From an uncultured Clostridia bacterium (GTDB lineage: Bacteria; Bacillota; Clostridia; Christensenellales; Borkfalkiaceae), in contig CALVHS010000030.1 of the NCBI GenBank assembly GCA_944328665.1, positions 12,951-76,950 on the forward strand: 64,000 nucleotides of DNA, written 5' to 3'. Shown here piece by piece: positions 24,809 to 34,044 of this stretch. A program made the position numbers and the translations under genes. The notes under the pieces are model-generated. The model ran no database searches. It saw only the letters and a program-made list of their open reading frames with translations, and was not told the DNA's origin. Within the stretch, counting starts at the first letter, position 1. Each line of letters opens with the position of its first letter.

Positions 24809-27751
24809 ATGGCAAAATTGTTGGGGATAGACGTCGGTTCGACTACGGTCAAAGCGGCAGTCCTTTCCGAATCCCTCGAGATCTTGTATACGAGTTACGA
24901 GCGCCATTACGCGCGCGTCAAGGAGTGCGTGCTTCATCAGCTCGGCGTCGTGCGCGAAAAATTCGGCGGCGATTTTTGTATCAGCGTCACGGGTTCGGCG
25001 GGGTTGGGCCTTGCCGAGCGCAGCGGCCTTCCCTTCGTGCAGGAAGTGCAGGCGGCATTCACCGCCATCCGCAGGTATTATCCGGACGCGGACGCGGCGG
25101 TGGAACTGGGCGGCGAGGACGCCAAGATCATCTTCATCACGGGCGGCACCGAGCAGCGCATGAACGGCAGCTGCGCGGGCGGCACGGGCGCCTTTATCGA
25201 TCAAATGGCGACCCTCCTCGATCTCTCCGTCGGCGAGATGGACGAGCTTTCTTTGAAGGCGGAAAAGGTGTATCCCATCGCCTCCCGCTGCGGTGTGTTC
25301 GCCAAATCGGACATCCAGCCCCTTCTGAATCAGGGCGCGCGGAAGGAGGATATCGCCGCCAGCATCTTTCAGGCGGTGGTCGATCAGACGGTTTCGGGCC
25401 TCGCGCAGGGCAGGCGCATCAAGGGCAAAGTCCTCTTTTTGGGCGGCCCGCTCTACTTTCTCAAAGGGCTGCGCAGGGCGTTCCGAAAGACGCTCGCCCT
25501 CGACGGCGAGCATGCCGTATTCCCCGATAACGCCCCTTCCTTTATGGCGATCGGCGCGGCGCTGTATGCGGCGAACGTGGATGCCGTGCCCATCGGCGAG
25601 GCGATTTTCCGCATCGAAAACGCGAAGGGCAGCGACGACGTAGTGACGGGCGACCCGCTCTTCAAAGACCGCGCCGAATACGAGGACTTTGTCTCCCGCC
25701 ATAAAAAAAGCGACCTCGCCTTTGCGGACATCCGTTCTTACCGCGGGGACGCCTATCTCGGCATCGACAGCGGTTCGACCACGACCAAACTTATCCTCGT
25801 CACGCCCGACGCGAAGATCTTATATTCGCATTATCAATCGAACAACGGGCAGCCGCTCGACATCGTTTTAGAGCGCCTGCGCGAGATCTATTCCCTCGCG
25901 GAAGGGCGGGTGCGCATCGCGGGGGCGGCGGTCACAGGCTACGGCGAGGATATGATGAAGGCGGCGCTCAAGGCGGACTTCGGCATCGTCGAAACGGTCG
26001 CCCATTTCAAGGCGGCGCTCTGGTTCGACCCGCAGGTGGATTTCATCATCGATATCGGCGGGCAGGACATCAAGTGCTTTAAGATCAAAAACGGCGTCAT
26101 CGATTCCATCATGCTCAACGAGGCGTGTTCCTCCGGCTGCGGCTCTTTTATCCAGACTTTCGCCAAGGCGATGGGGATGGAGATCGACGAATTTTCCAAA
26201 TTGGGATTGTTTGCCAAACATCCCGTGGAACTGGGGAGCCGCTGCACCGTGTTCATGAACAGTTCGGTCAAGCAGGCGCAAAAGGAGGGGGCGAGCGTCG
26301 AGGATATTTCGGCGGGGCTGTCCGCTTCTATCGTCAAAAACGCCATCTATAAAGTGATCCGTGCGCGGACGCCGGACGAACTGGGCGAGCATATCCTCGT
26401 GCAGGGGGGCACCTTTTTGAACGACGCCGTGCTGCGTTCGTTCGAGATCGAGACGGGCAAGCAGGTCGTACGTCCCGGCATTGCGGGATTGATGGGCGCC
26501 TTCGGCGCGGCGCTCTACGCCAAAGAAAATATCCGAGGGGAAAGTACGGTCATCTCCGAAGAGGAGTTGAAGGGTTTCACATATACTTCCAAAAGCCACG
26601 TCTGCAAGGGGTGCACTTCTCACTGCAGCGTGAACGTCATCGGCTTTTCGGACGGGAGAAAGTTTATCTCCGGCAACAAGTGCGAAAAGGGAGCGGGGCG
26701 CAAACCGCACTCCGACGAGTTGGATATCTACGCCTATAAATACGAGCGCATCCAAAAGAGCGTCACGGGCGCCGCCGGCAGGCGGGGCAGGGTAGGCATC
26801 CCGTTGGCGCTCGTCTTTTACGAACAGCTCCCGCTGTGGGCGGGCTTTTTCGAGACGTGCGGCTTTGAAGTGGTGCTGAGCGAGCGCTCCTCCCGCGAAT
26901 TGTACTTCCGCGGGCAGCATACCGTCGCCAGCGATACCGTCTGTTATCCCGCAAAGCTCACGCACGGGCACATAGAAAGTTTGCTCGACAAGGGCGTGGA
27001 TTTTATCTTTTATCCCTGCGAGAGCTATAATTTGGACGAACACGATTCGACCAATCATTATAACTGCCCCGTCGTCGCGTATTATCCGGAACTTCTCAAG
27101 GCGAACAACGAGCGGCTGTCGGAAGAAAACTTCGTCATGCCGTACATCGATCCGAACGACAGGCGGACAACGGTGCGCGCCCTCAAAAAGGCGCTCAAAA
27201 AATACAAGCTTTCCGCGGGGCTCATCAAAAGGGGGCTGAAAGAGGGCTTTGCACGGCTGGAAGCGTATTATCGCGACGTGCGCGACAAGGGCGGCGAGAT
27301 CACCGCCAAAGCGGAGCGGCTGGATCTGCCCGCCGTCATCCTCGCGGGCAGGCCGTACCATATCGACCCGGAGATCAATCACGGCATCGGCAAACTGCTC
27401 ACTTCGCTGCATATCGCCGTGCTCTCGGAAGACAGCGTCTTTTTCAAGGGAAAGGAAGTGCTCGTCAACGTCCTCAACCAATGGACGTATCACGCCCGCC
27501 TGTACCGCGCGGCGGAATATGCGGGCGAGCATGACAACGTCAACCTCGTGCAGCTCGTCTCTTTCGGGTGCGGCATCGACGCGATCACGACGGACGAAGT
27601 GCGTTCCATTTTGGAAAAGAGCGGAAAATTGTACACACAGATCAAGATCGATGAGATCAACAACCTCGGCGTGGTGAAGATCCGCCTTCGCAGCATGCTC
27701 GCCGCGATCGAGGAGCAAAAGAGGCGCAGGGATGAAGAAAAAAAGAGATGA
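24809..27751 (+). CDS. Double BadF/BadG/BcrA/BcrD-type ATPase (acyl-CoA dehydratase activase-like) fused to a dehydratase-related domain
   Basis: Two actin-fold ATPase repeats are present (LGIDVGSTTVKA.. and LGIDSGSTTTKL.., each with a CAGGTGAF / CSSGCGSF Fe-S ligand context). They are followed by a ~330-aa domain of the 2-hydroxyacyl-CoA dehydratase-related type. Confidence 0.85.
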   Translation: MAKLLGIDVGSTTVKAAVLSESLEILYTSYERHYARVKECVLHQLGVVREKFGGDFCISVTGSAGLGLAERSGLPFVQEVQAAFTAIRRYYPDADAAVELGGEDAKIIFITGGTEQRMNGSCAGGTGAFIDQMATLLDLSVGEMDELSLKAEKVYPIASRCGVFAKSDIQPLLNQGARKEDIAASIFQAVVDQTVSGLAQGRRIKGKVLFLGGPLYFLKGLRRAFRKTLALDGEHAVFPDNAPSFMAIGAALYAANVDAVPIGEAIFRIENAKGSDDVVTGDPLFKDRAEYEDFVSRHKKSDLAFADIRSYRGDAYLGIDSGSTTTKLILVTPDAKILYSHYQSNNGQPLDIVLERLREIYSLAEGRVRIAGAAVTGYGEDMMKAALKADFGIVETVAHFKAALWFDPQVDFIIDIGGQDIKCFKIKNGVIDSIMLNEACSSGCGSFIQTFAKAMGMEIDEFSKLGLFAKHPVELGSRCTVFMNSSVKQAQKEGASVEDISAGLSASIVKNAIYKVIRARTPDELGEHILVQGGTFLNDAVLRSFEIETGKQVVRPGIAGLMGAFGAALYAKENIRGESTVISEEELKGFTYTSKSHVCKGCTSHCSVNVIGFSDGRKFISGNKCEKGAGRKPHSDELDIYAYKYERIQKSVTGAAGRRGRVGIPLALVFYEQLPLWAGFFETCGFEVVLSERSSRELYFRGQHTVASDTVCYPAKLTHGHIESLLDKGVDFIFYPCESYNLDEHDSTNHYNCPVVAYYPELLKANNERLSEENFVMPYIDPNDRRTTVRALKKALKKYKLSAGLIKRGLKEGFARLEAYYRDVRDKGGEITAKAERLDLPAVILAGRPYHIDPEINHGIGKLLTSLHIAVLSEDSVFFKGKEVLVNVLNQWTYHARLYRAAEYAGEHDNVNLVQLVSFGCGIDAITTDEVRSILEKSGKLYTQIKIDEINNLGVVKIRLRSMLAAIEEQKRRRDEEKKR

Positions 27752-29027
27752 AAGGCAGGACGCCGTCGCCGATTTCCGCGACGAGTATCCGAAATTTACG
27801 AAAGAGATGAAGCATACGCACAAGATCCTGGTGCCCGATATGCTCCCCGTTCACTTCGGCATCATTGTCGAGATCTTAAAAAAAGACGGCTGGGACATCG
27901 AGCTTTTGCACAACGATTCGCGTGCGGTCATCGACGAGGGGCTAAAACACGTCCATAACGATACCTGCTATCCCGCGCTTTGCGTCACGGGGCAGTTTAT
28001 CGACGCCTTAAAGAGCGGAAAATACGACGTCGAGCACACCGCGGTCATGATCACCCAGTCGGGCGGCGGCTGCCGCGCGTCCAATTACATTCCCCTCATC
28101 CGCAAGGCGCTCAAGGCGGAGTTTCCGCATGTGCCCGTCGTCTCCCTCAATTTTGCGGGGCTGGAAAAGGACAGCGGCTTTCCCGTCGATCTCGTGACGC
28201 TCGCCAAGCTGGCGTTCGCCATCTTTTACGGGGATACGCTTGCCTCTCTTTATAACCAATGCAAACCGTATGAAGAGGAAGAGGGCGCTTCCGACAGGGC
28301 GCGCGAGGACTGCGTTCGGTATATTTTGGAGGCGTTTGACCGCAAAAAGTATCTGCGCTACCGGCGCATCACGCGGTATTTGCTGGAACGCTTTCAAAAG
28401 GTGGAAGGGAAAAGGGAAGGAAAGGTCAAGGTCGGCATCGTAGGGGAGATCTACGTCAAATATTCTCCCCTCGGCAACAACCGTCTCGAAGAATTTTTGC
28501 TTTCGGAAGGGTGCGAGCCGGTCGTGCCCGCCCTCATGGATTTTGTCATGTATTGTGCCGTCAACAACGTCAACGACGCCAAATTATACAACAAAAAGAG
28601 CGCGGCGACCCCGCTGTTTGCCCTCGTCTACCGATATTTGCACCGCGTGCAGAAAAAGATCATCCGCCTCACGGAAAAATACGGGTTCGAGCCGCTGCAC
28701 GACTTCGAGCACCTGCGGCGTTGTGCGGACAAGGTCATCAACCAAGGGGTAAAGATGGGCGAAGGCTGGCTGATCCCCGCGGAGATGGCGGCGCTGGCGG
28801 AGACGGGGACGGATAACATCGTCTGCGCCCAGCCTTTCGGCTGCCTGCCCAACCATATCGCGGGCAAAGGGACGATCCGCACCCTGAAAGAGATGTATCG
28901 ATATGAGAACATCGTCGCGGTCGATTACGACCCTTCGGCGACCAAAGTCAATCAGGAGAACCGCATCAAACTGATGCTCGCCACCGCGCGGGAAAATTAT
29001 GGACGAATAAAAAATCAAGAAAAATAG
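27732..29027 (+). CDS. 2-hydroxyacyl-CoA dehydratase-family (D-component-like) protein
   Basis: The gene overlaps the upstream gene by 20 nt. The motifs NDTCYPA, SGGGCRASNY and AQPFGCLPNH are typical of this family. Confidence 0.8.
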   Translation: MKKKRDERQDAVADFRDEYPKFTKEMKHTHKILVPDMLPVHFGIIVEILKKDGWDIELLHNDSRAVIDEGLKHVHNDTCYPALCVTGQFIDALKSGKYDVEHTAVMITQSGGGCRASNYIPLIRKALKAEFPHVPVVSLNFAGLEKDSGFPVDLVTLAKLAFAIFYGDTLASLYNQCKPYEEEEGASDRAREDCVRYILEAFDRKKYLRYRRITRYLLERFQKVEGKREGKVKVGIVGEIYVKYSPLGNNRLEEFLLSEGCEPVVPALMDFVMYCAVNNVNDAKLYNKKSAATPLFALVYRYLHRVQKKIIRLTEKYGFEPLHDFEHLRRCADKVINQGVKMGEGWLIPAEMAALAETGTDNIVCAQPFGCLPNHIAGKGTIRTLKEMYRYENIVAVDYDPSATKVNQENRIKLMLATARENYGRIKNQEK

Positions 29028-29374
29028 CGGTCGGATATCCCCGATCGGTCGACAGATGTCATCGTTGCCCGCACACGGCAATTTAGATCTTTCTCTTACG
29101 ATCAGCGATCCCGGACAAAGGAATGACGGCGTGAGCGCATTCGGCAAGGGAAGCAAGACGTGCCGCCCGCAAAATTGCGGACGGCACGCTTCGCATGGAA
29201 AAATGGTAACGGGTGAGCATTTTCGTACAAGGCAGGCATTTCGGGCGTTTTGCAGAAGCTGCCGCCTTTGCCTATATTATATATTCGCGCCGAGGCGGGT
29301 GGCAAGCCTATCTTGTCACGCTTTTGTAATAAATTCGTAATAAATTTGTCCTCCGTACACGATCGGCTTGCGGG

Positions 29375-29404
29375 GCATATTCGGGCGGGGCGGGCGCATA
29401 CAAT
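29375..29404 (+). promoter_or_regulatory. Sigma-E-like promoter candidate for yunB (gCATATT-N15-CATACAAT)
   Basis: The 8-mer CATACAAT ends 5 nt before the yunB ATG. There is no convincing SD. Confidence 0.35.
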
Positions 29405-29409
29405 GGCGT

Positions 29410-30105
29410 ATGGCATACGCGAGCGAATTCCGCTATAAAAACAGCCGCCACAGGCGGGGTGGGCAGACCTCCCGCAGGAAGGCGTTTGTCTTTGCCTCCC
29501 TTCTTTTGGCGGCGGTCGTCTTTGTCACCGTGTTTTTGCAAAAAAACGTCTCCGGCGTGCTCTATAACGCCGGTGAGGCATTCGTGCGCGCCGCGGCGGA
29601 ATCCGCGCTCAACGACGCGGTCGCGGAGACGCTTGCGGGCGCGGGGTACGCTTCTTTCGTCACCGTGCAAAGGGACGGGGAAGGGAGAGTGCTCTCCATA
29701 GAAGCGAACGCCGCAGATATCAATCTCTTTGCCCGCATGACGGCGAGCGCCGCGATGGCAAAGATCGCCGAGCGCGCGGCGGCGGGCATCCGCGTGCCCG
29801 TGGGCGCCTTTACAGGCATCGGTTTTTTGGCCGGCGCGGGGCCTTCCGTCACCTTCCGCATCCTTTCGGCGGGCAGCGTCGCCTGCTCTTTCCGCTCGGA
29901 ATTTACGGGGGCGGGGATCAACCAGTCGCTGCATTCCGTCTATCTCGACCTCGAGGCGACGGTGGGCATCGTCATGCCTTCGGGCACGGACGAGATCGTT
30001 GCGCGCGCCGAGGTGCTCGCCGCGGAGAGCGTCATCGTGGGGGAGGTGCCGGAAATCTTTTTCGGGGCGGACTTGTTCGGAGATGGATATCGCGTCGGCG
30101 GATGA
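29410..30105 (+). CDS. yunB: Sporulation protein YunB
   Basis: A basic N-terminus is followed by one TM helix. The conserved block is VPVGAFTGIGFLAGAGPSVTFRI..GINQSLHSVYLDLEATV. The start is taken at the first ATG of the frame. Confidence 0.8.
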   Translation: MAYASEFRYKNSRHRRGGQTSRRKAFVFASLLLAAVVFVTVFLQKNVSGVLYNAGEAFVRAAAESALNDAVAETLAGAGYASFVTVQRDGEGRVLSIEANAADINLFARMTASAAMAKIAERAAAGIRVPVGAFTGIGFLAGAGPSVTFRILSAGSVACSFRSEFTGAGINQSLHSVYLDLEATVGIVMPSGTDEIVARAEVLAAESVIVGEVPEIFFGADLFGDGYRVGG

Positions 30106-30134
30106 ACGGATGCGGAAAGGTGCCCCGTTTTTTG

Positions 30135-30163
30135 TTGACTTTTTTTTGATTTTACGGTAAGAT
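30135..30163 (+). promoter_or_regulatory. Sigma-A-type promoter of the pheST leader (TTGACT-N17-TAAGAT)
   Basis: The sequence is ttgact tttttttgattttacgg taagat. Confidence 0.5.
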
Positions 30164-30169
30164 ATAGAA

Positions 30170-30428
30170 AAGCGATGCAAAGGCTGTGACGAAGACAGGC
30201 GGGGCAGATGCGCACTTGGCAGAGAAGGGGATCCGAAGGCTGCAAGGTCTCCCGAAGGGCGCGCCCGGCTATTCCCTTCCGAGCCGCTTTCCCGAACCCG
30301 GTCGTGCAGTAAGGAAAGCCGATCTCCGCGCGTCAGGCGGACAAAGAGGCGGGGCTTCCCGCGAACATGGGTGGTACCGCGCCGGCATGACCGTCGCCCC
30401 GTGAAGTTTTCACGGGGCGCGTTTTTTT
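30170..30428 (+). promoter_or_regulatory. T-box riboswitch leader of pheST
   Basis: An AGAGA box is at 30221-30226 and the conserved T-box sequence gggtggtaccgcg is at 30369-30381. The terminator hairpin cgccccgtgaa-gtt-ttcacggggcg is followed by T7 (30395-30428). Confidence 0.85.
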
Positions 30429-30473
30429 GCCGTCGCCGTCATCCTTTGTCATCGCCCTTTTTCGGAGGTTTTT

Positions 30474-31502
30474 ATGAAAGAACAGGTAGAAAAGATCCGC
30501 GCGGAGATCGCCGCGGGGATCGAGGAAGCCAAAAACGGGACGAGGCAGGCGCTCTTTGCATTGAAGATGCGCTATCTCGGCAAGACGGGGGAGATCTCCG
30601 CCCTTTCCAAGGGGATGCGCAGCGTGCCCGCCGAAGAGCGGCCCGCCATGGGCAAGCTGGTCAGCGAGGTGCGCGCATGGGCGGAGGCTCTTTTCGACGA
30701 GACGGAGGCGCTGCTCAAAAAAAAGGAATTGCAAGAGCGCTACGAGCGGGAACGCTTAGACGTCACCATGCCTGCGCGCTTTGCCGAGACGGGCACCCTT
30801 CATCCCGTCAATATCGTCAAAAAAGAGATCGTCGAATGTTTCGAAGGGATGGGGTTTGAGATCTTCGAAGGGCCGGAGATCGAAAAAGATTATTACAATT
30901 TTCAGGCGCTGAATATCCCCGCCGATCATCCCGCGAGAGACATGCAGGACACCTTCTTCATCACGGACGAGCTGTTGCTGCGCTCGCAGACGTCCTGCGG
31001 GCAGATCCGCGTGATGGAAAACAAGAGGCCGCCCATCAAGGTGCTCAGCCCGGGCAGGGTGTACCGTTCGGACAGCGACGCGACCCATTCGCCCATGTTC
31101 CATCAAATGGAGGGGCTGGTCGTCGATAAGGGCATCACGCTGTGCGACCTCAAGGGGATCCTCGACGAATTTGCCCGCCGCATGTTCACGCCGGAAACAA
31201 AGACGCGGCTGCGCCCGTCCTATTTTCCGTTTACCGAGCCGAGCGTGGAGGTGGATCTTTCCTGCCATAACTGCGGGGGCAAGGGCTGCCGCCTGTGCAA
31301 GGGAACGGGATGGATCGAGATCCTCGGCGCGGGCGTCGTCAACCGCCGCGTTTTGGAAAATTGCGGCATCGACCCCGACGAGTACACGGGCTTTGCCTTC
31401 GGCATGGGGCTGGAACGCATCGCGATGATCAAATACGGCATCAACGATATGCGGTATCTGTTCGAAAACGACGTGCGGCTTTTGAAGCAGTTCAAAGATT
31501 GA
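30474..31502 (+). CDS. pheS: Phenylalanine--tRNA ligase alpha subunit
   Basis: The full-length protein is PheS-like with class II motifs (..[18 protein letters not shown].., GAGVV..) and SD cggagg. Confidence 0.95.
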   Translation: MKEQVEKIRAEIAAGIEEAKNGTRQALFALKMRYLGKTGEISALSKGMRSVPAEERPAMGKLVSEVRAWAEALFDETEALLKKKELQERYERERLDVTMPARFAETGTLHPVNIVKKEIVECFEGMGFEIFEGPEIEKDYYNFQALNIPADHPARDMQDTFFITDELLLRSQTSCGQIRVMENKRPPIKVLSPGRVYRSDSDATHSPMFHQMEGLVVDKGITLCDLKGILDEFARRMFTPETKTRLRPSYFPFTEPSVEVDLSCHNCGGKGCRLCKGTGWIEILGAGVVNRRVLENCGIDPDEYTGFAFGMGLERIAMIKYGINDMRYLFENDVRLLKQFKD

Positions 31503-31517
31503 CGGGAGGAAACGGCG

Positions 31518-33905
31518 ATGAAAGTACCTTTCAGTTGGCTCAAAGATTATGTGGACATCGATATTTCCGCCGAACAGCTGCAAGAAAAACTCTTTTCCTG
31601 CGGGTTCGAGGTGGAAGAACTCAAATATCTCGGCGAAGAGATCGACCGCTGCGTCGTCGGCAGGATCGTGCGCCTCGAAAAACATCCGGACGCCGATAAA
31701 TTGCAGATCTGCAGCTTGGACTGCGGCGAATACGGCGGGGATATCCGGATCGTTACGGGGGCGGACAACGTCTTTGAAGGGGCGCTGGTGCCCGTGGCGT
31801 TGGACGGTTCTTCTCTGCACGGGGGCGTAAAGATCAAAAAAGGCAAGCTGCGCGGGGTCGAATCGTGCGGCATGCTCTGTTCGGGGGAGGAGCTCGGCAT
31901 CAACGAGGACTGGTATGACGGCGCGGGCGTAAACGGCATCCTCATCCTGAAAGGGGAGATCCCCGTGGGAACGGATATCAAAGAGGTGGTGGGACTGGAC
32001 GACTATCTCTTCGACATTGCCGTGACTGCCAACCGCCCCGACTGCCAAAGCGTGTACGGCATCGCGCGCGAAGTCGCCGCCGTGCTCAAAAAACCGCTGC
32101 GGCCCGTCGACCTGGCATACGAAGCGGAAGCGTTCAGCACGAGCGAGCGCGTGCGCGTGCATGTGGAGGCGCCGGACCTGTGCCCCCGTTACATCGCCCA
32201 TTATGTGCGCGATCTTAAGATCGCCCCTTCTCCGCAGTGGCTGCGCCGCCGCCTCGCCCTGTGCGGCATCCGCGCCATCAGCAATGTGGTGGATATCACC
32301 AACTTCGTGCTGCTCGAACTGGGGCAGCCCATGCACGCTTTCGATCTTTCTAAGATCGAAGGGGACGAGATCTGCGTCCGCCGCGCCGCGGCGGGGGAGA
32401 AGATCGTCACCCTCGACGAAAAGGAATTTACGCTGAACGACAAGGTCTTGGTCATCGCCGACGCCGTAAAGCCGGCGGCGCTGGCGGGGGTCATGGGGGG
32501 CAGCGGCAGCGGCATCGGTGCGGATACGAAAGAAGTCCTTTTTGAGAGCGCCAAGTTCGAGCGCGCCAACATCCGCCGTACTTCCCGCGCGCTGGGGCAG
32601 AAGAGCGATTCTTCCTCCCGCTTTGAAAAGGGGGTGGACGCCTATACGACGGGCATCGCCATCAACCGCGCCCTCCACTTCATCGATGCGCTCGGCTGCG
32701 GCAGGATCGCCTGCGACCGCTACGACATCGAGGAGAAGGCGGCGGAGCCCGTCGTCGTCAAGACTTCCTGCGCGCGCATCAATGCGCTGCTCGGCATCGA
32801 AGTGCCCGCGGAGGAGATCAAAGACATCCTCCGGAGGCTGCACTTCAACGTGTCTGCCAAAGGGGACGCGCTGACCGTCACCGCGCCCGCTTACCGCGAG
32901 GATATCGAAGGGTATCCCGACCTCGCGGAGGAGGTCATCCGCATGTACGGCTACGAGCACATCAAGGGGACGTTCATGCCCACGGCGCAGGTCACGGGCG
33001 GCGGCTATTCTTCCGCGCAGCGCGAAGAGGAGCGCATAAAGCGCATCATGCGCGGGCAGGGCTGCAACGAGATCATCACCTATTCCTTTATTTCTCCGAA
33101 AGATTATGCCCTGCTGCGCTTGGAGGAGGAAGGGGAGCGGGCGATCCGCATCAAAAATCCGATCGGCGAGGACATGAGCCTCATGCGCACCACGCTGGCA
33201 CCCTCCATGCTGACCACCCTCGTGCGCAATGTCCGCCGCGGCAATGCGCGCGCCCGCCTCTTTGAATCGGCAAACGTCTATCTTGCGGACGAGATGCCTT
33301 TGACCGACCTGCCGCGGGAGGAAAAACGCCTTTCCTTCGGCGTTTACGGCGCGGGCGAGGACTTTTATACCGCCAAGGGCATCCCCGAAGCGATCGCCGC
33401 CGAGTACGGCGTCCGTTTTGCCTACGAGGCGGCGGAAAAGCCTTTCCTGCATCCCGGAAAGTGCGCTAAGATCCTCTTCGGCGGGGAGGAGATCGGTTGG
33501 TTGGGCGCGCTGGCGCCCGACATCGCCGAAGCGCTTTCTTTGGAGACGGAAGTGTTCCTCGGAGAGCTGGATCACGCCAAATTACAGCCCCTCCTTGCGG
33601 GCACGCTGCACTTTGCGCCGCTGCCCGCCTTCCCCGAAGCAGTGCGCGACCTCGCCCTCGTCTGCGGCGAGCAGGTGCTTTGCGCCGATATCGAAAGCGG
33701 CATCCGCGAGGCGTGCAAATATGTCACCGGCGTGAAGCTGTTCGACGTTTATCGCGGCGGGCAGATCGGGGAGGGCAAAAAGAGCATGGCGTTTACCGTC
33801 ACCTTTACCCCCCGCGACAAGGCGTTTTCGCCCGACGACGTGGACGGGTACGTTCGCCGCATCTTGAAAACGCTCGGAGAAAAGGTCGGCGTCGTTCTCC
33901 GCTGA
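31518..33905 (+). CDS. pheT: Phenylalanine--tRNA ligase beta subunit
   Basis: The protein begins MKVPFSWLKDYV and has a tRNA-binding OB domain, B3/4 and B5 domains, and a C-terminal FDX-ACB-like domain. Confidence 0.95.
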   Translation: MKVPFSWLKDYVDIDISAEQLQEKLFSCGFEVEELKYLGEEIDRCVVGRIVRLEKHPDADKLQICSLDCGEYGGDIRIVTGADNVFEGALVPVALDGSSLHGGVKIKKGKLRGVESCGMLCSGEELGINEDWYDGAGVNGILILKGEIPVGTDIKEVVGLDDYLFDIAVTANRPDCQSVYGIAREVAAVLKKPLRPVDLAYEAEAFSTSERVRVHVEAPDLCPRYIAHYVRDLKIAPSPQWLRRRLALCGIRAISNVVDITNFVLLELGQPMHAFDLSKIEGDEICVRRAAAGEKIVTLDEKEFTLNDKVLVIADAVKPAALAGVMGGSGSGIGADTKEVLFESAKFERANIRRTSRALGQKSDSSSRFEKGVDAYTTGIAINRALHFIDALGCGRIACDRYDIEEKAAEPVVVKTSCARINALLGIEVPAEEIKDILRRLHFNVSAKGDALTVTAPAYREDIEGYPDLAEEVIRMYGYEHIKGTFMPTAQVTGGGYSSAQREEERIKRIMRGQGCNEIITYSFISPKDYALLRLEEEGERAIRIKNPIGEDMSLMRTTLAPSMLTTLVRNVRRGNARARLFESANVYLADEMPLTDLPREEKRLSFGVYGAGEDFYTAKGIPEAIAAEYGVRFAYEAAEKPFLHPGKCAKILFGGEEIGWLGALAPDIAEALSLETEVFLGELDHAKLQPLLAGTLHFAPLPAFPEAVRDLALVCGEQVLCADIESGIREACKYVTGVKLFDVYRGGQIGEGKKSMAFTVTFTPRDKAFSPDDVDGYVRRILKTLGEKVGVVLR

Positions 33906-33950
33906 CCGCGCGCGTTTGAGTTTTTATGCAAAAGAATAAATTTTTATACA

Positions 33951-33976
33951 TTTTCGGGGCGGAAACGCCCCGAAAA
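33951..33976. terminator. Hairpin after pheT (ttttcggggcg-gaaa-cgccccgaaaa)
   Basis: The stem is 11 bp. The U/A runs are part of the stem rather than trailing it, so this is only a weak terminator call. Confidence 0.4.
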
Positions 33977-33978
33977 TA

Positions 33979-34007
33979 TTGCATTCCGGCGAAAGATATG
34001 GTATAAT
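33979..34007 (+). promoter_or_regulatory. Sigma-A-type promoter (TTGCAT-N17-TATAAT, extended TG)
   Basis: The sequence is ttgcat tccggcgaaagatatgg tataat. It lies ~38 nt upstream of the ATG at 34045. Confidence 0.6.
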
Positions 34008-34044
34008 ACGGGGTATATACGTCGCAACGGAGAGGGAAACGGCC

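Noticed and set aside
30272-30279. Assigning one of two UUC triplets as the pheS T-box specifier.
   Set aside because: I could not fold a convincing Stem I/specifier loop by hand, so the choice is left unassigned pending a covariance-model alignment.
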